Assembly (NCBI GenBank): GCA_963790465.1
Contig: CAWBOP010000025.1
Location: 40,913 to 104,912, forward strand
Direction: 5' to 3'
From: Terriglobia bacterium
GTDB lineage: Bacteria; Acidobacteriota; Polarisedimenticolia; Polarisedimenticolales; JAIQFR01
Length of the DNA: 64,000 bases
The notes below the pieces were generated by a model. It had not been told where the DNA came from and searched no databases. It worked only from the letters and a program-made list of their open reading frames with translations. How positions within the stretch are numbered: position 1 is the stretch's first letter; every line of letters begins with the position of its first letter. Below are positions 35,522 to 44,307 of this stretch, in pieces. The position numbers were made by a program, and so were the translations under genes.

Positions 35522-36642
35522 AGTTCGGTGGGCGTGCAGATTCTCACCTCCAGGTTCCCGTAGCGTTTCCTGTAGGCGGGGTCGCCGGAGGGAGTCACGA
35601 GAAAATTGCGCCCTTTCGGATAATAATTGCGGAATAGCCGCATTGCAGAGCTATCGAAAGCGTTTGTATCCCACTTGCACTCGATGGCGTCCACTTCATC
35701 GCGCCGATGCGCGAGCACGAAATCCACTTCCTGGCCCGGCTTGTTGCGCCAGTAACGGGCGGGCGTGTCCGGGAAACGAGCCTGCAGGTGCTCCAGAACG
35801 AGGTGCTCCCAGAGGGTGCCGAAATCATCTGGACGCAGCGGATCCCAACCGCGCGCAAAGCTTACGAAGCCCGTGTCGAACGCATAGACCTTCGGTTGCT
35901 TGACGATCTCGTTCTGACCACTGCCGTGGAAAGGGCGCACCATCGTGACGGCGTGGGTGATTTCCAAGGCGCGCAGATGGCTCTCCACCGTGGGGCGCGT
36001 AATGCCGACGGCGGTGGCCGCCTTGGTGATTTCAAACTGCCCACTGCTCTGTCGCAGGAGGTATTCGAAAAACGCGTTGAATCGATTGATGTCCCGGAAG
36101 CCGAAGAGCCGCTGGATGTCGCGGGCAAAAAACGAGTCCACCCACTCCCGGTAAAACGCGGGTCGCTTCGCGTCAGTGAGGAGCGCAGGGGGAAGCCCGC
36201 CGCAATGCAGCCGCTGGGGCAACGACACGCCAAAGGCGGGCAGTTCATCCCACAGCACCGGCGTCAGGTGCACCACGCGTTTCCGGCCGGTCAGCGTGTC
36301 GCGAAATTTCTTGCTCGCAGCGAGTGTGGAGGATCCCGTGGCGAGAATCTTCAGGTTCGAGAAACGATCAGCCCCGATTTTCAGCACGCGTGCGGGATCG
36401 CGCAACTGGTGGATTTCGTCGAACACCACCACGGGCTTGGTGCAGGAGCGGAAAAACACTTGAGGATCGCGCACCATGTCTTCGACGGTAGGCAGGTCGC
36501 AATCGACATAGAAGATGCGATCGGAGCCCAAGCTCTCCGCCAACGTGGTTTTTCCGCTACGACGGACGCCGCACAACCAGGCGATGGGCGCTTCCCGCCA
36601 GGCCTCTTCGATTCTCTGCCGCCAGATAGGTCTTTCGATCAT
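35512..36642 (-). CDS. AAA+ ATPase of the AAA_14/DUF4143 family
   Basis: GVRRSGKTTL Walker A, VVFDEIH Walker B, and the C-terminal DUF4143-like region FFEYLLRQSSGQFEITKAA...YAFDTGF. GC is clearly lower than in the flanks. Confidence 0.85.
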   Translation of the reverse strand: MIERPIWRQRIEEAWREAPIAWLCGVRRSGKTTLAESLGSDRIFYVDCDLPTVEDMVRDPQVFFRSCTKPVVVFDEIHQLRDPARVLKIGADRFSNLKILATGSSTLAASKKFRDTLTGRKRVVHLTPVLWDELPAFGVSLPQRLHCGGLPPALLTDAKRPAFYREWVDSFFARDIQRLFGFRDINRFNAFFEYLLRQSSGQFEITKAATAVGITRPTVESHLRALEITHAVTMVRPFHGSGQNEIVKQPKVYAFDTGFVSFARGWDPLRPDDFGTLWEHLVLEHLQARFPDTPARYWRNKPGQEVDFVLAHRRDEVDAIECKWDTNAFDSSAMRLFRNYYPKGRNFLVTPSGDPAYRKRYGNLEVRICTPTELQP

Positions 36643-36699
36643 GAAAGCATAGTATGTATCTTGGGCTACTAAATGTAAAGTACGGTAGCCAGAGCACCC

Positions 36700-37080
36700 G
36701 CGAGTTTGTCGTGGCTGAACCGGGTGGATCGCCGGGCCGGCGAGATCGCGCGCAGGGCAATCCGTCGCAGCGCGTTCGCTGTTCACCGAGGGGCAGCACA
36801 ACCTCACCGACGCGGTCGAGGTTCGCCCCATGGCGCGAGCCGGCATTCCTCACGGCGCTCGACGACGTGCTCCCCGGCCTCCCGCCCGGCTGCCGGCAGA
36901 TCGTCGTGGCCGGGATCGAAGCGCAGGTCTGCGTCATGGAGACGGTACTCGAGTTGCTCGCTGCGGGAAGCGACGTCCACGTCTGCTGGGAGCGCGTCAG
37001 TGGCCGCGACGAGCCCCCTCGCCTGCATCGGGAGCCTGCGTCGACCGTGGTCCCGGTCGAAGTTCGACCGCTACATCGGG
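36700..37080 (+). pseudogene. isochorismatase-family hydrolase remnant (N-terminally truncated, frameshifted)
   Basis: QIVVAGIEAQVCVMETVLELLAAGSDVHV carries the conserved Cys motif. The upstream part LFTEGQHNLTDAVEV is in another frame, and there is no start or N-terminal Asp/Lys region. Confidence 0.6.
36741..36782 (+). repeat. 42-bp direct repeat, copy A (CGAGATCGCGCGCAnnnnAATCCGTCGCAGCGCGTTCGyTGT)
   Basis: 38/42 identical to 39136-39177. Confidence 0.85.
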
Positions 37081-37118
37081 CCTTCGGGTGCGTAATACCG
37101 TCCGGAAAGGAGATTCCG

Positions 37119-37976
37119 ATGAGCCCATACCGCACGGGTCCCCTCGTCGCCGCAGTCGTTCTTGCCGTACTTGTCGCGGCACTCCCCGCCGCCGCACAGC
37201 CCCGCGACCCCGGGTCGCGCCCCGACAGCCGAGGGACGCGCGACGCGCTGACCGACCTCTTGCAGCGGCTTCCGCCGGAGGTCGGAATGGTGCTGAAGCT
37301 CGACCCGACGCTCGTCGGGAACCAGGCGTATCTCGCCCCTCATCCTGACCTGGCGGCCTTCCTGGCGGCGCATCCGGAGGTCGCGGCGCATCCTGGGTAC
37401 TTCTTCGAGAACGTCTCGCTGCCGGTCGAGCACGAGTCCTCCCCACCCTCCGCGCGAATGGCCATGGAAATCCTCGGCGGGATCGCGGGGCTGACGGTCT
37501 TTCTCGTGGTGACCGCGGTCCTCGCGTGGCTCGTGAAGACCATGATCGCCCAGCGGCGCTGGAGCCGTCTATCACGAGTGCAGACCGAGGTGCACGGCAA
37601 GCTCCTCGACCGCCTTGCATCGAGCGAGGAGCTGCTTGCATACATCCAGTCTCCACCCGGCAGGCGCTTCCTGGAGTCCGCACCGATCCCCGTGGACGAC
37701 GCGTGCCCCGCAGCGCGGGCTCCGATCACCCGCCTGCTCTGGTCGGTCCAGGCCGGACTCGTGTTGGTCGCCGGGGGCATCGGCCTGCAACTGATAGCCG
37801 CCAGGGCTCCGCAGGGCGCCGCCCAGCCACTCTCGGCGCTGGGCACCTTCGCCATCTCCATCGGGATCGGGTCCGTGCTTGCCGCGATCGTGGCGTTCGG
37901 GATCTCCCGCCGGCTAGGCCTCTGGCCCCCGTCCGCCGCCGCCGGCACGGGGGGAGATCGTGGCGGACGCGATTAG
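37119..37976 (+). CDS. membrane protein, hypothetical (signal peptide plus 3-4 TM)
   Basis: An RBS (AAGGAG) lies 7 nt upstream of the ATG. Hydrophobic segments are present. Confidence 0.6.
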   Translation: MSPYRTGPLVAAVVLAVLVAALPAAAQPRDPGSRPDSRGTRDALTDLLQRLPPEVGMVLKLDPTLVGNQAYLAPHPDLAAFLAAHPEVAAHPGYFFENVSLPVEHESSPPSARMAMEILGGIAGLTVFLVVTAVLAWLVKTMIAQRRWSRLSRVQTEVHGKLLDRLASSEELLAYIQSPPGRRFLESAPIPVDDACPAARAPITRLLWSVQAGLVLVAGGIGLQLIAARAPQGAAQPLSALGTFAISIGIGSVLAAIVAFGISRRLGLWPPSAAAGTGGDRGGRD

Positions 37977-38006
37977 AGGCGCGCGCCGGGGTCCAGGGAT
38001 GCGATC

Positions 38007-38630
38007 ATGGACGTCATGGACGCCAGCCTCATCATGCCCGAAAGGGTGATTTCCGGAGTCGAGCGCCGCGCCGAAACCGACCGCGCGGCCGCCGCGCGGC
38101 CGATGGACGAGGACTCGTTCCGGGCGTTCTACGATCGGACGGCGCGGCCTCTCTGGGCGTACCTGGCGAGGATCACCGACGAGCCGTCCTTGGCCGACGA
38201 CCTGTTGCAGGAGGCCTACTACCGCTTCTTCCGCGCCGGCGCCGTCCACGAGAGCGAGTCGCACCGGCGGAACTCCCTCTACCGAATCGCGACGAACCTC
38301 GTCCGGGATCGTGCTCGCCGAAACCACCGCGCCGTCCACGTCCCGATCGAGGATGATGGAGCGAAAGGCGGGTTCCCGGCGGACGAGGGCGCCTTCGACC
38401 GATTCGAGAATCGGACGGATCTCGGGCGGGCCATGGCGAGGCTCGAGCCGCTACAGAGAGAAATGCTGTGGCTCGCGTACGCGGAGGGCTCGTCCCATAA
38501 CGAGATCGCGGACGCCCTCGGCGTGAAGGCCGCGAACGTGAGGTCACTGCTCCTTCGAGCCCGGCGGAAGCTCGCGAGTCTGCTCCGTGGCGCGTCAAGA
38601 AGAAGCGCGGGAGGAAGCTGCCGTGGCTGA
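38007..38630 (+). CDS. ECF (sigma-70 family, group 4) RNA polymerase sigma factor
   Basis: Region 2: FRAFYDRTARPLWAYLARIT...ADDLLQEAYYRFF. Region 4: LQREMLWLAYAEGSSHNEIADALGVKAANVRSLLLRARRKL. Confidence 0.85.
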   Translation: MDVMDASLIMPERVISGVERRAETDRAAAARPMDEDSFRAFYDRTARPLWAYLARITDEPSLADDLLQEAYYRFFRAGAVHESESHRRNSLYRIATNLVRDRARRNHRAVHVPIEDDGAKGGFPADEGAFDRFENRTDLGRAMARLEPLQREMLWLAYAEGSSHNEIADALGVKAANVRSLLLRARRKLASLLRGASRRSAGGSCRG

Positions 38631-39105
38631 GCGAGGATGCGCCTGGGAGCGCGAGTTGCTCGAGGCCATCGGCGCGGGGCGGTGGGCGGAAAGCCGTGAC
38701 GAGAAGCTGAACGCCCACGTGGCCGGATGCGCGGAGTGCTTCGAGGTCGCCGCCGTGGCTGCCGCGCTCCTCGAGGATCGCCTGGCGGAGATGCGGGGAG
38801 CCCCAGTCCCTCGATCCGGTGTCGTCTGGTGGCGGATGCAGCTGCGTGCGCGCCGCGACGAGGAGTTCACCGCGGCCCGGACGGTCTCCGTGGCCCACGC
38901 TGCGGTCCTCGTTGCCGCGTCCGGCATCTCCCTCGTGACCCTTGGCGCCACGTTCCTGGCGGATTCGGGCTCCTGGCTCTCCAACGTCGCGAGCGCCTTC
39001 CGAGCGCAGGCCGTCGGCGCCTCGAGCCTTCCGCTTCTTCTGGCGGGTGCGGCCTGGCTCGTACTCGCTCCGCTCGCGGTATGGCTCGCGGTGACCGAGG
39101 AATGA
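38623..39105 (+). CDS. anti-sigma factor (zf-HC2 type, single TM)
   Basis: HVAGCAEC is the H-x3-C-x2-C motif. A TM region lies downstream. The GTG overlaps the end of the sigma gene. Confidence 0.7.
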   Translation: MAERGCAWERELLEAIGAGRWAESRDEKLNAHVAGCAECFEVAAVAAALLEDRLAEMRGAPVPRSGVVWWRMQLRARRDEEFTAARTVSVAHAAVLVAASGISLVTLGATFLADSGSWLSNVASAFRAQAVGASSLPLLLAGAAWLVLAPLAVWLAVTEE

Positions 39106-39135
39106 GAAGAGGGCGCCTCGCCCGACCCCGCAAGC

Positions 39136-39177
39136 CGAGATCGCGCGCAAGAGAATCCGTCGCAGCGCGTTCGTTGT
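39136..39177 (+). repeat. 42-bp direct repeat, copy B
   Basis: 38/42 identical to 36741-36782. Confidence 0.85.
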
Positions 39178-39223
39178 AAAGCCGTTATTGGAACACTACA
39201 CTGACGCCTCGCGAGGCCCCCAG

Positions 39224-40726
39224 ATGACGAACACCAACGAACGGTCCGCTGCGCTGGTGTCCCCCCATCGATTCCGATGGATGGCGTACTTGCTGGGAGC
39301 GGTCGTCTGCGCGCGACTGGCTTCCCTGGCCTTCTACCCGCTGACGGATGTGACCGAGTCGAGGTACGCCAACATAGCGCGGGTGATGCTGGAGACCGGC
39401 GACTGGATCACCCCGCAGACGGCGCCCGGCAGCGTGTTCTGGGGGAAGCCGCCTCTGTACGCGTGGGCCAGTGCCGCGTCCATGGGGCTCCTCGGTGTGA
39501 ACGAGTTCGGCGCCCGGTTGCCGTCGTTCCTGTTCGGCGCGGCGACTCTCCTGGTCATCTACGGCTGGGCTTTCGCCGTCGCGGCGCGCGCCGGGCGCGA
39601 GGGTCCCGGTGATGCCGCAAGAGCTGCCGCTCTGGTAGCCGCGACCTGCATCGGCTTCTTCGTATCGTCGGGTGCGGTGATGACCGATGCGCCGCTCATC
39701 TTCGCCACGACGTGGGCTCTGGCGTCTTTCTGGATCGTGGCGGTCGGCCGCGGTTCGAGATGGCGCTGGCGATTCGGTTTTTTTGCCGCGCTCGGAATCG
39801 GCATGCTGGCGAAGGGGCCTGTCTGCGTCGTGCTGGTCGCGGCGCCGGTCTTCGGCTGGTGCTTGATTCACCGACGATGGGCCGACCTGCGATTCCTGCC
39901 GTGGCTGTCGGGCACCTTTCTCGCCCTGGCGATTGCCGGACCGTGGTACGTCGCGGCGGAACTGAAGACTCCCGGGTTCTTGCGGTACTTCATCCTCGGC
40001 GAGAACTTCAAGCGGTTTCTCGTGCCCGGCTGGAAGGGGGATCTCTACGGGTTCACTCACGCGGCTCCGCACGGAATCGTGTGGCTCTACTTCGTCGCGG
40101 CGACGTTGCCGTGGAGCCTGGTGGCGCTCCCCGCCGCGGCGGCCGCCCTCTCGCGTGCGCGGAAGGCCGGTCTTCCGGGACGCGAGATCTCGTTCGTCGC
40201 TCTCGCGACCTTGGCCCCGCTCGTGTTCTTCTCGCTCTCGTCCCACTTGATCTGGACGTATGCGCTGCCGGCGATTCCACCTTTTGCCGTCATGATGGGC
40301 CTCTGGCTGACCGCGCCGGCGGCCCGCTCCGCGGTGTTCCGTTATGCGTCGCTAGCTGCAGGTGCGGTTGCGATCGCGTTGGCCGTCGGCCTGGTGGCCG
40401 CATCCTCGTGGTTGGCGGCCGACTACTCGACGCGTGAGATCTACCGCGCCTGGGAGACCGCACGGGCAAGCGTGCCCGGACCTCTTGTTTTCGAGCAGCG
40501 TCAGGTCGCTCCGTCGCTGCTCTTCTATTCGCACGGAGCGGCCCGGTCGCATTCCGTCGAGGATGACCTGACCGCGACTCATTACGGCATCTTCACGACG
40601 AAGCAAGCCGGACGCTTCGAGGGGCAGCCGCCCGAATGCAAGAACGCTCGCGCGATCGTCGCGCGAATCGGCGACCACGTTCTTGTCCGGGAGGTCGGCA
40701 TGCCGAGCCACTGCGGCGTCGAGTAG
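39224..40726 (+). CDS. GT39/GT83-type (ArnT/PMT-like) GT-C glycosyltransferase
   Basis: TESRYANIARVMLETGDWITPQ...GKPPLYAWASA, a polytopic N-terminal two thirds, and a soluble C-terminus. Confidence 0.8.
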   Translation: MTNTNERSAALVSPHRFRWMAYLLGAVVCARLASLAFYPLTDVTESRYANIARVMLETGDWITPQTAPGSVFWGKPPLYAWASAASMGLLGVNEFGARLPSFLFGAATLLVIYGWAFAVAARAGREGPGDAARAAALVAATCIGFFVSSGAVMTDAPLIFATTWALASFWIVAVGRGSRWRWRFGFFAALGIGMLAKGPVCVVLVAAPVFGWCLIHRRWADLRFLPWLSGTFLALAIAGPWYVAAELKTPGFLRYFILGENFKRFLVPGWKGDLYGFTHAAPHGIVWLYFVAATLPWSLVALPAAAAALSRARKAGLPGREISFVALATLAPLVFFSLSSHLIWTYALPAIPPFAVMMGLWLTAPAARSAVFRYASLAAGAVAIALAVGLVAASSWLAADYSTREIYRAWETARASVPGPLVFEQRQVAPSLLFYSHGAARSHSVEDDLTATHYGIFTTKQAGRFEGQPPECKNARAIVARIGDHVLVREVGMPSHCGVE

Positions 40727-40746
40727 CGACCGGTTCCGAAGCTCCG

Positions 40747-41472
40747 TCAGCGCCGCGTGAACAGAAAGTTGTTGCAGTATCCGGCCGCTTTCCAGAACCG
40801 CGGTGAATCCTGCTTCTGGTGCAGCTTCGGGTCGAACTCGCGCAAGGGCCGAAGGCCGCGAGGCGAGAAGAAGGCGCCCTCGTAGCCGAGGCCGTGGAGG
40901 AAGGCGAAGACATCCTGCATGCCGTGCCGGTGAAGATGCCTCGACTCGCATTCGAAGAGAACGGCTCTGGCGTGCGTGGACAGCGTCCCGACGGCCCCCC
41001 GGAACACCTCCAGCTCGTGCCCCTCGACGTCGACCTTCAGGAAGGAAACCGGGCCCGCGTCCCGAAGCCGGCGGTCCAGCGTGTCCACCTCGCACTCGTA
41101 ACTTCGAGAGAGGCCCGTTGCGGCGACGGCTTGCTCGAGCGACGCGCCCTGGGAAACGCCCTGGCCGGGAACGTACAGCGTGCGCACTCCGGTGGAGTCC
41201 GAGAGCGCGCACGCTTCCACGCGGACGTTCTCCCAGCGCATCGCCGCAGCGATCGACCGAAGATAGAGCGCGAGGACCGGCTGCGGCTCGAAAGCGAAGA
41301 CCTTGCCGGAGGCGCCCACCCCCCGGCGAAGCCAGTAGAGATAGGCGCCCTTGTTGGCGCCGACGTCCACCGCCGTGTCGCCGGCGCGGACGGCTCGAAG
41401 CGCCGCCGAAATCTCGCTCCGCTGGTCGCGGTAGCGTGCCCTGAACGCGCGATAGAGAAAGCGTGGCTTCAT
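40747..41472 (-). CDS. FkbM-family SAM-dependent methyltransferase
   Basis: VDVGANKGAY...FAFEP...LKVDVEGHELEVFRGA. Confidence 0.85.
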   Translation of the reverse strand: MKPRFLYRAFRARYRDQRSEISAALRAVRAGDTAVDVGANKGAYLYWLRRGVGASGKVFAFEPQPVLALYLRSIAAAMRWENVRVEACALSDSTGVRTLYVPGQGVSQGASLEQAVAATGLSRSYECEVDTLDRRLRDAGPVSFLKVDVEGHELEVFRGAVGTLSTHARAVLFECESRHLHRHGMQDVFAFLHGLGYEGAFFSPRGLRPLREFDPKLHQKQDSPRFWKAAGYCNNFLFTRR

Positions 41473-41701
41473 CGTGCTCCGTCGCGTCGAACAGGACGTT
41501 TGCAGCGAGAACGGACGGAACGAAGGCGAGCGCGCGCACCGCCATTCCGACGAGACGCCGCAGGACTCGAATCATCTCATCCTTTCGCCGGGGGAGCGCC
41601 CCCGGCACAAAAGACTGGATGATTGCATCCCGGTGCGCGCGTCAACGACTTTCCGAGAAATCGCGGAATCGAGACCCCGACGAAGGACTCGAGGGCCCCG
41701 A

Positions 41702-44170
41702 TCAGCGCGCGGCGGCGGCGATCGGCCGGAGCACCTCCTGCTCGAGCCAGTTGGCGTAGAGGGTGCGGACGCTGTACGCATCCGCCGTGACGGCCCCCTC
41801 GCACGTTTCCGGGGAGACCCCCGACGAGGCCTGCGCCCAAACGGCCTGGGAGAACCCCTTGTCGCTTTCTTCCTCGTCGTTCACGGGAAGCTTCCCGGTC
41901 GGCTCGTAGCGCGAACCGTCCGGCGCGATGGCCCTCGCGGCGCGGAATTCGTCGTGGCGGCGCACTCCCTCCAGCAGGATCGGCAGGATCTCGAACAGGT
42001 CCTCGCTCGCGGCCGGAGCGGATCCGCCGTCGGCCTCCCCGCGAAAGACGAAGGTGCCCGGGAAGGGTTCCTCGAGGATCTGGTACACGGCGACCTCGGC
42101 ACGGAGCTTTCCCGCCTCGCAAGACGCGATCCGGCCGCCCGCGAAGGCGAACGACGCGCGTCTTGTTTGGCGGACATCGAAGAGGGCGAGTTCGCCCGTC
42201 GCCTGGGTGTCCGCGAGGGACTGCAGGAGGTTGGGAACGGCGAACAGCTCGAGGTCGCCGGTCATGGTTTTCGTGGCCGGCCTCTGCGGCCGCGCACGGG
42301 GCTCGAGCCTCGCGAGAATCTTGGCGGCTTCGGCTCCCAGCTCCCCCCCCTCGAACCGGTGGGCGATCTCCTGGCATATCGCGCGCACGTCCGGCGTCTG
42401 CGTTCCCGAAATCGCGCGAAGCAGCGGTGCGATCCCGGCGGTCGACCGTTTCACGACGAACCCGAGCACCCGAACGGGCAACAGGTTCCGAAGAGTTCCG
42501 ACGAGCAGCCCGAGCTGCTCGGGGTCCGCGGTGAGATCGGTCTTCGAGAGGTGCTCGATGCGGGCGATCGCCTGACCGAAGGCCGGATGGCGCCCGAACG
42601 CGTGAGCCGCGACCGTCCGGATCGACGTTTTCGTCCCACGCCCGGCCAGCGCGGTGCACAGCCGGTCGAGGAGGTCCCACGCCTCTTCTCCGGCCGGCAC
42701 CCCGCCCGACGCGAGGCCTTCCTCGAGCTCCTTCAACCGGTCGACCAGCGCCTTCTCGGCCAGCGGGTGCCGGATCGGCCCGAGCGCGCCGATCGCTTCC
42801 CTCGCGGAGAGCAGCGGTTCGCCGTCGGCGATCGTCGCGCGCAGCAGGGCGATCTCTTCTTCGCTCGCCTCGGGCTCCGCGCGCGGGATCCGCCGCAGCA
42901 GGAACACGAGATTCCGGCGGAACCAGCCGTTGGAGTCTTGTACGTCCCCGCGGTCGCAGGCGGCGAGTCTCTCGAGAAGCTCTCCCCTGCATTGGGTCCC
43001 GAGGCACTCCAGAAGGACGAGCAGGAGCTTGCGGCTCTCGCGTTTCTCCTCGCGGCACAGGCGGTCGAGCATCCCCTCCGCGCGGTACGCCGGGAAGAAC
43101 TCGAGAATGTGGCGCAGGAGTCCGTGCTTCTCCGGCGACTCGGAGAACTTCCGCAACGTCGTCTCCTGCACGGCGTCCTGGGCCTTCGAGAGGAGCAGCT
43201 TCGCCCGCTCCGGGTCCACCCGCTTGTCCGCCAGCAGTCTCGATGCGGTGTCGAGCATCGCGGCCGCCTGCGCGAGGCGCCCCTCGTTGAACTGCTCGAT
43301 CGCGGCGTACACCAACTCGCCGAACCGGCGCGCTCCCTCCTCCGCATCCGGCGCGAGCGCGACCATCTTCTCCATCGCCGCCACCGGAGCGCCCGCGCCG
43401 AGCGCGAGACCGGCGCTCCCCGCCGCGTCGGGAAGGATCCATCCCGGCAGGCTCGCGCCCAGCGCGCGGAACATCCGATTCATCTGGATCGCGCCGCCAT
43501 GTCCGCGGATCTGCTCGAGATAGCCGTCGAGTTCCCCGCCGCTTCGTGCTTCGGTGGCCGCAATCGAGAGGAAACGCGCCAGAACCTCTTCCGACGTCGC
43601 CACCGGGTCCTCGCCGAGAGAGCCGGCCGGGGCCGCGGGGGCCTTGAGATTCGCGAGACGCTCGATGAGAAGCGACAGCTTGCGGATCTCTTTCGGCATG
43701 TCGCCGGCCGAGCCTCCGCGGTTCTCCCTCGCGGACACCGAGCCGGCGCCCCCATCCCGGTGCAGGTACTGCAGGTCGGTGGTCGAGATGGTCTCGTTCT
43801 CGGGCTCGCCTAGGCGGGTCAGCCGGAGTTTGAGGTCGATCCGCTCCTCCTCCGGGCACAGCCTGACGAGCAGCGGCGTCAGCGCCTCGAGGAACCGCAT
43901 GAGGGGTTCCGCTCCCACGAGGTCCATCTCGGAGAGGAGATGCAGCTTCTTCATCGAGTGATAGACGAGGTCCGGGACCGGCACGTTCTGTCCCAGCGCC
44001 CAGTGCTGCCCCTCGATCCAGCTGGCGATGGCCGCGGCGGCGAAATCCGCGGGATGGTGGGACATCGCTTCGAGGCAGTCGACCACCATCATCGGGGCCA
44101 GTTCGCCGGAAAGGTAACGGTGAAGCTCGCCCACCGTCTCCCGCATCGCCTGCTGCGCGGCGTCCGACAT
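41702..44170 (-). CDS. large helical-repeat protein with C-terminal DUF4388 (PatA-like) domain
   Basis: Intact 822-aa frame from MSDAAQQAM. The C-terminal GDLELFAVPNLLQSLADTQATGELAL is the DUF4388 signature. Confidence 0.65.
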   Translation of the reverse strand: MSDAAQQAMRETVGELHRYLSGELAPMMVVDCLEAMSHHPADFAAAAIASWIEGQHWALGQNVPVPDLVYHSMKKLHLLSEMDLVGAEPLMRFLEALTPLLVRLCPEEERIDLKLRLTRLGEPENETISTTDLQYLHRDGGAGSVSARENRGGSAGDMPKEIRKLSLLIERLANLKAPAAPAGSLGEDPVATSEEVLARFLSIAATEARSGGELDGYLEQIRGHGGAIQMNRMFRALGASLPGWILPDAAGSAGLALGAGAPVAAMEKMVALAPDAEEGARRFGELVYAAIEQFNEGRLAQAAAMLDTASRLLADKRVDPERAKLLLSKAQDAVQETTLRKFSESPEKHGLLRHILEFFPAYRAEGMLDRLCREEKRESRKLLLVLLECLGTQCRGELLERLAACDRGDVQDSNGWFRRNLVFLLRRIPRAEPEASEEEIALLRATIADGEPLLSAREAIGALGPIRHPLAEKALVDRLKELEEGLASGGVPAGEEAWDLLDRLCTALAGRGTKTSIRTVAAHAFGRHPAFGQAIARIEHLSKTDLTADPEQLGLLVGTLRNLLPVRVLGFVVKRSTAGIAPLLRAISGTQTPDVRAICQEIAHRFEGGELGAEAAKILARLEPRARPQRPATKTMTGDLELFAVPNLLQSLADTQATGELALFDVRQTRRASFAFAGGRIASCEAGKLRAEVAVYQILEEPFPGTFVFRGEADGGSAPAASEDLFEILPILLEGVRRHDEFRAARAIAPDGSRYEPTGKLPVNDEEESDKGFSQAVWAQASSGVSPETCEGAVTADAYSVRTLYANWLEQEVLRPIAAAAR

Positions 44171-44307
44171 GGTCCCCCTCCCGCGTAGCGCGGAGACAAG
44201 AATCCTCCACGCCGCGGCCGGCATACCATCCAAAATGTGTAATCTGCCGGCTCCGGAGTCAAGTGCCGCTGGGCCGGGCGTGTCGCCCGGCCGTTCGACC
44301 CCGTACA

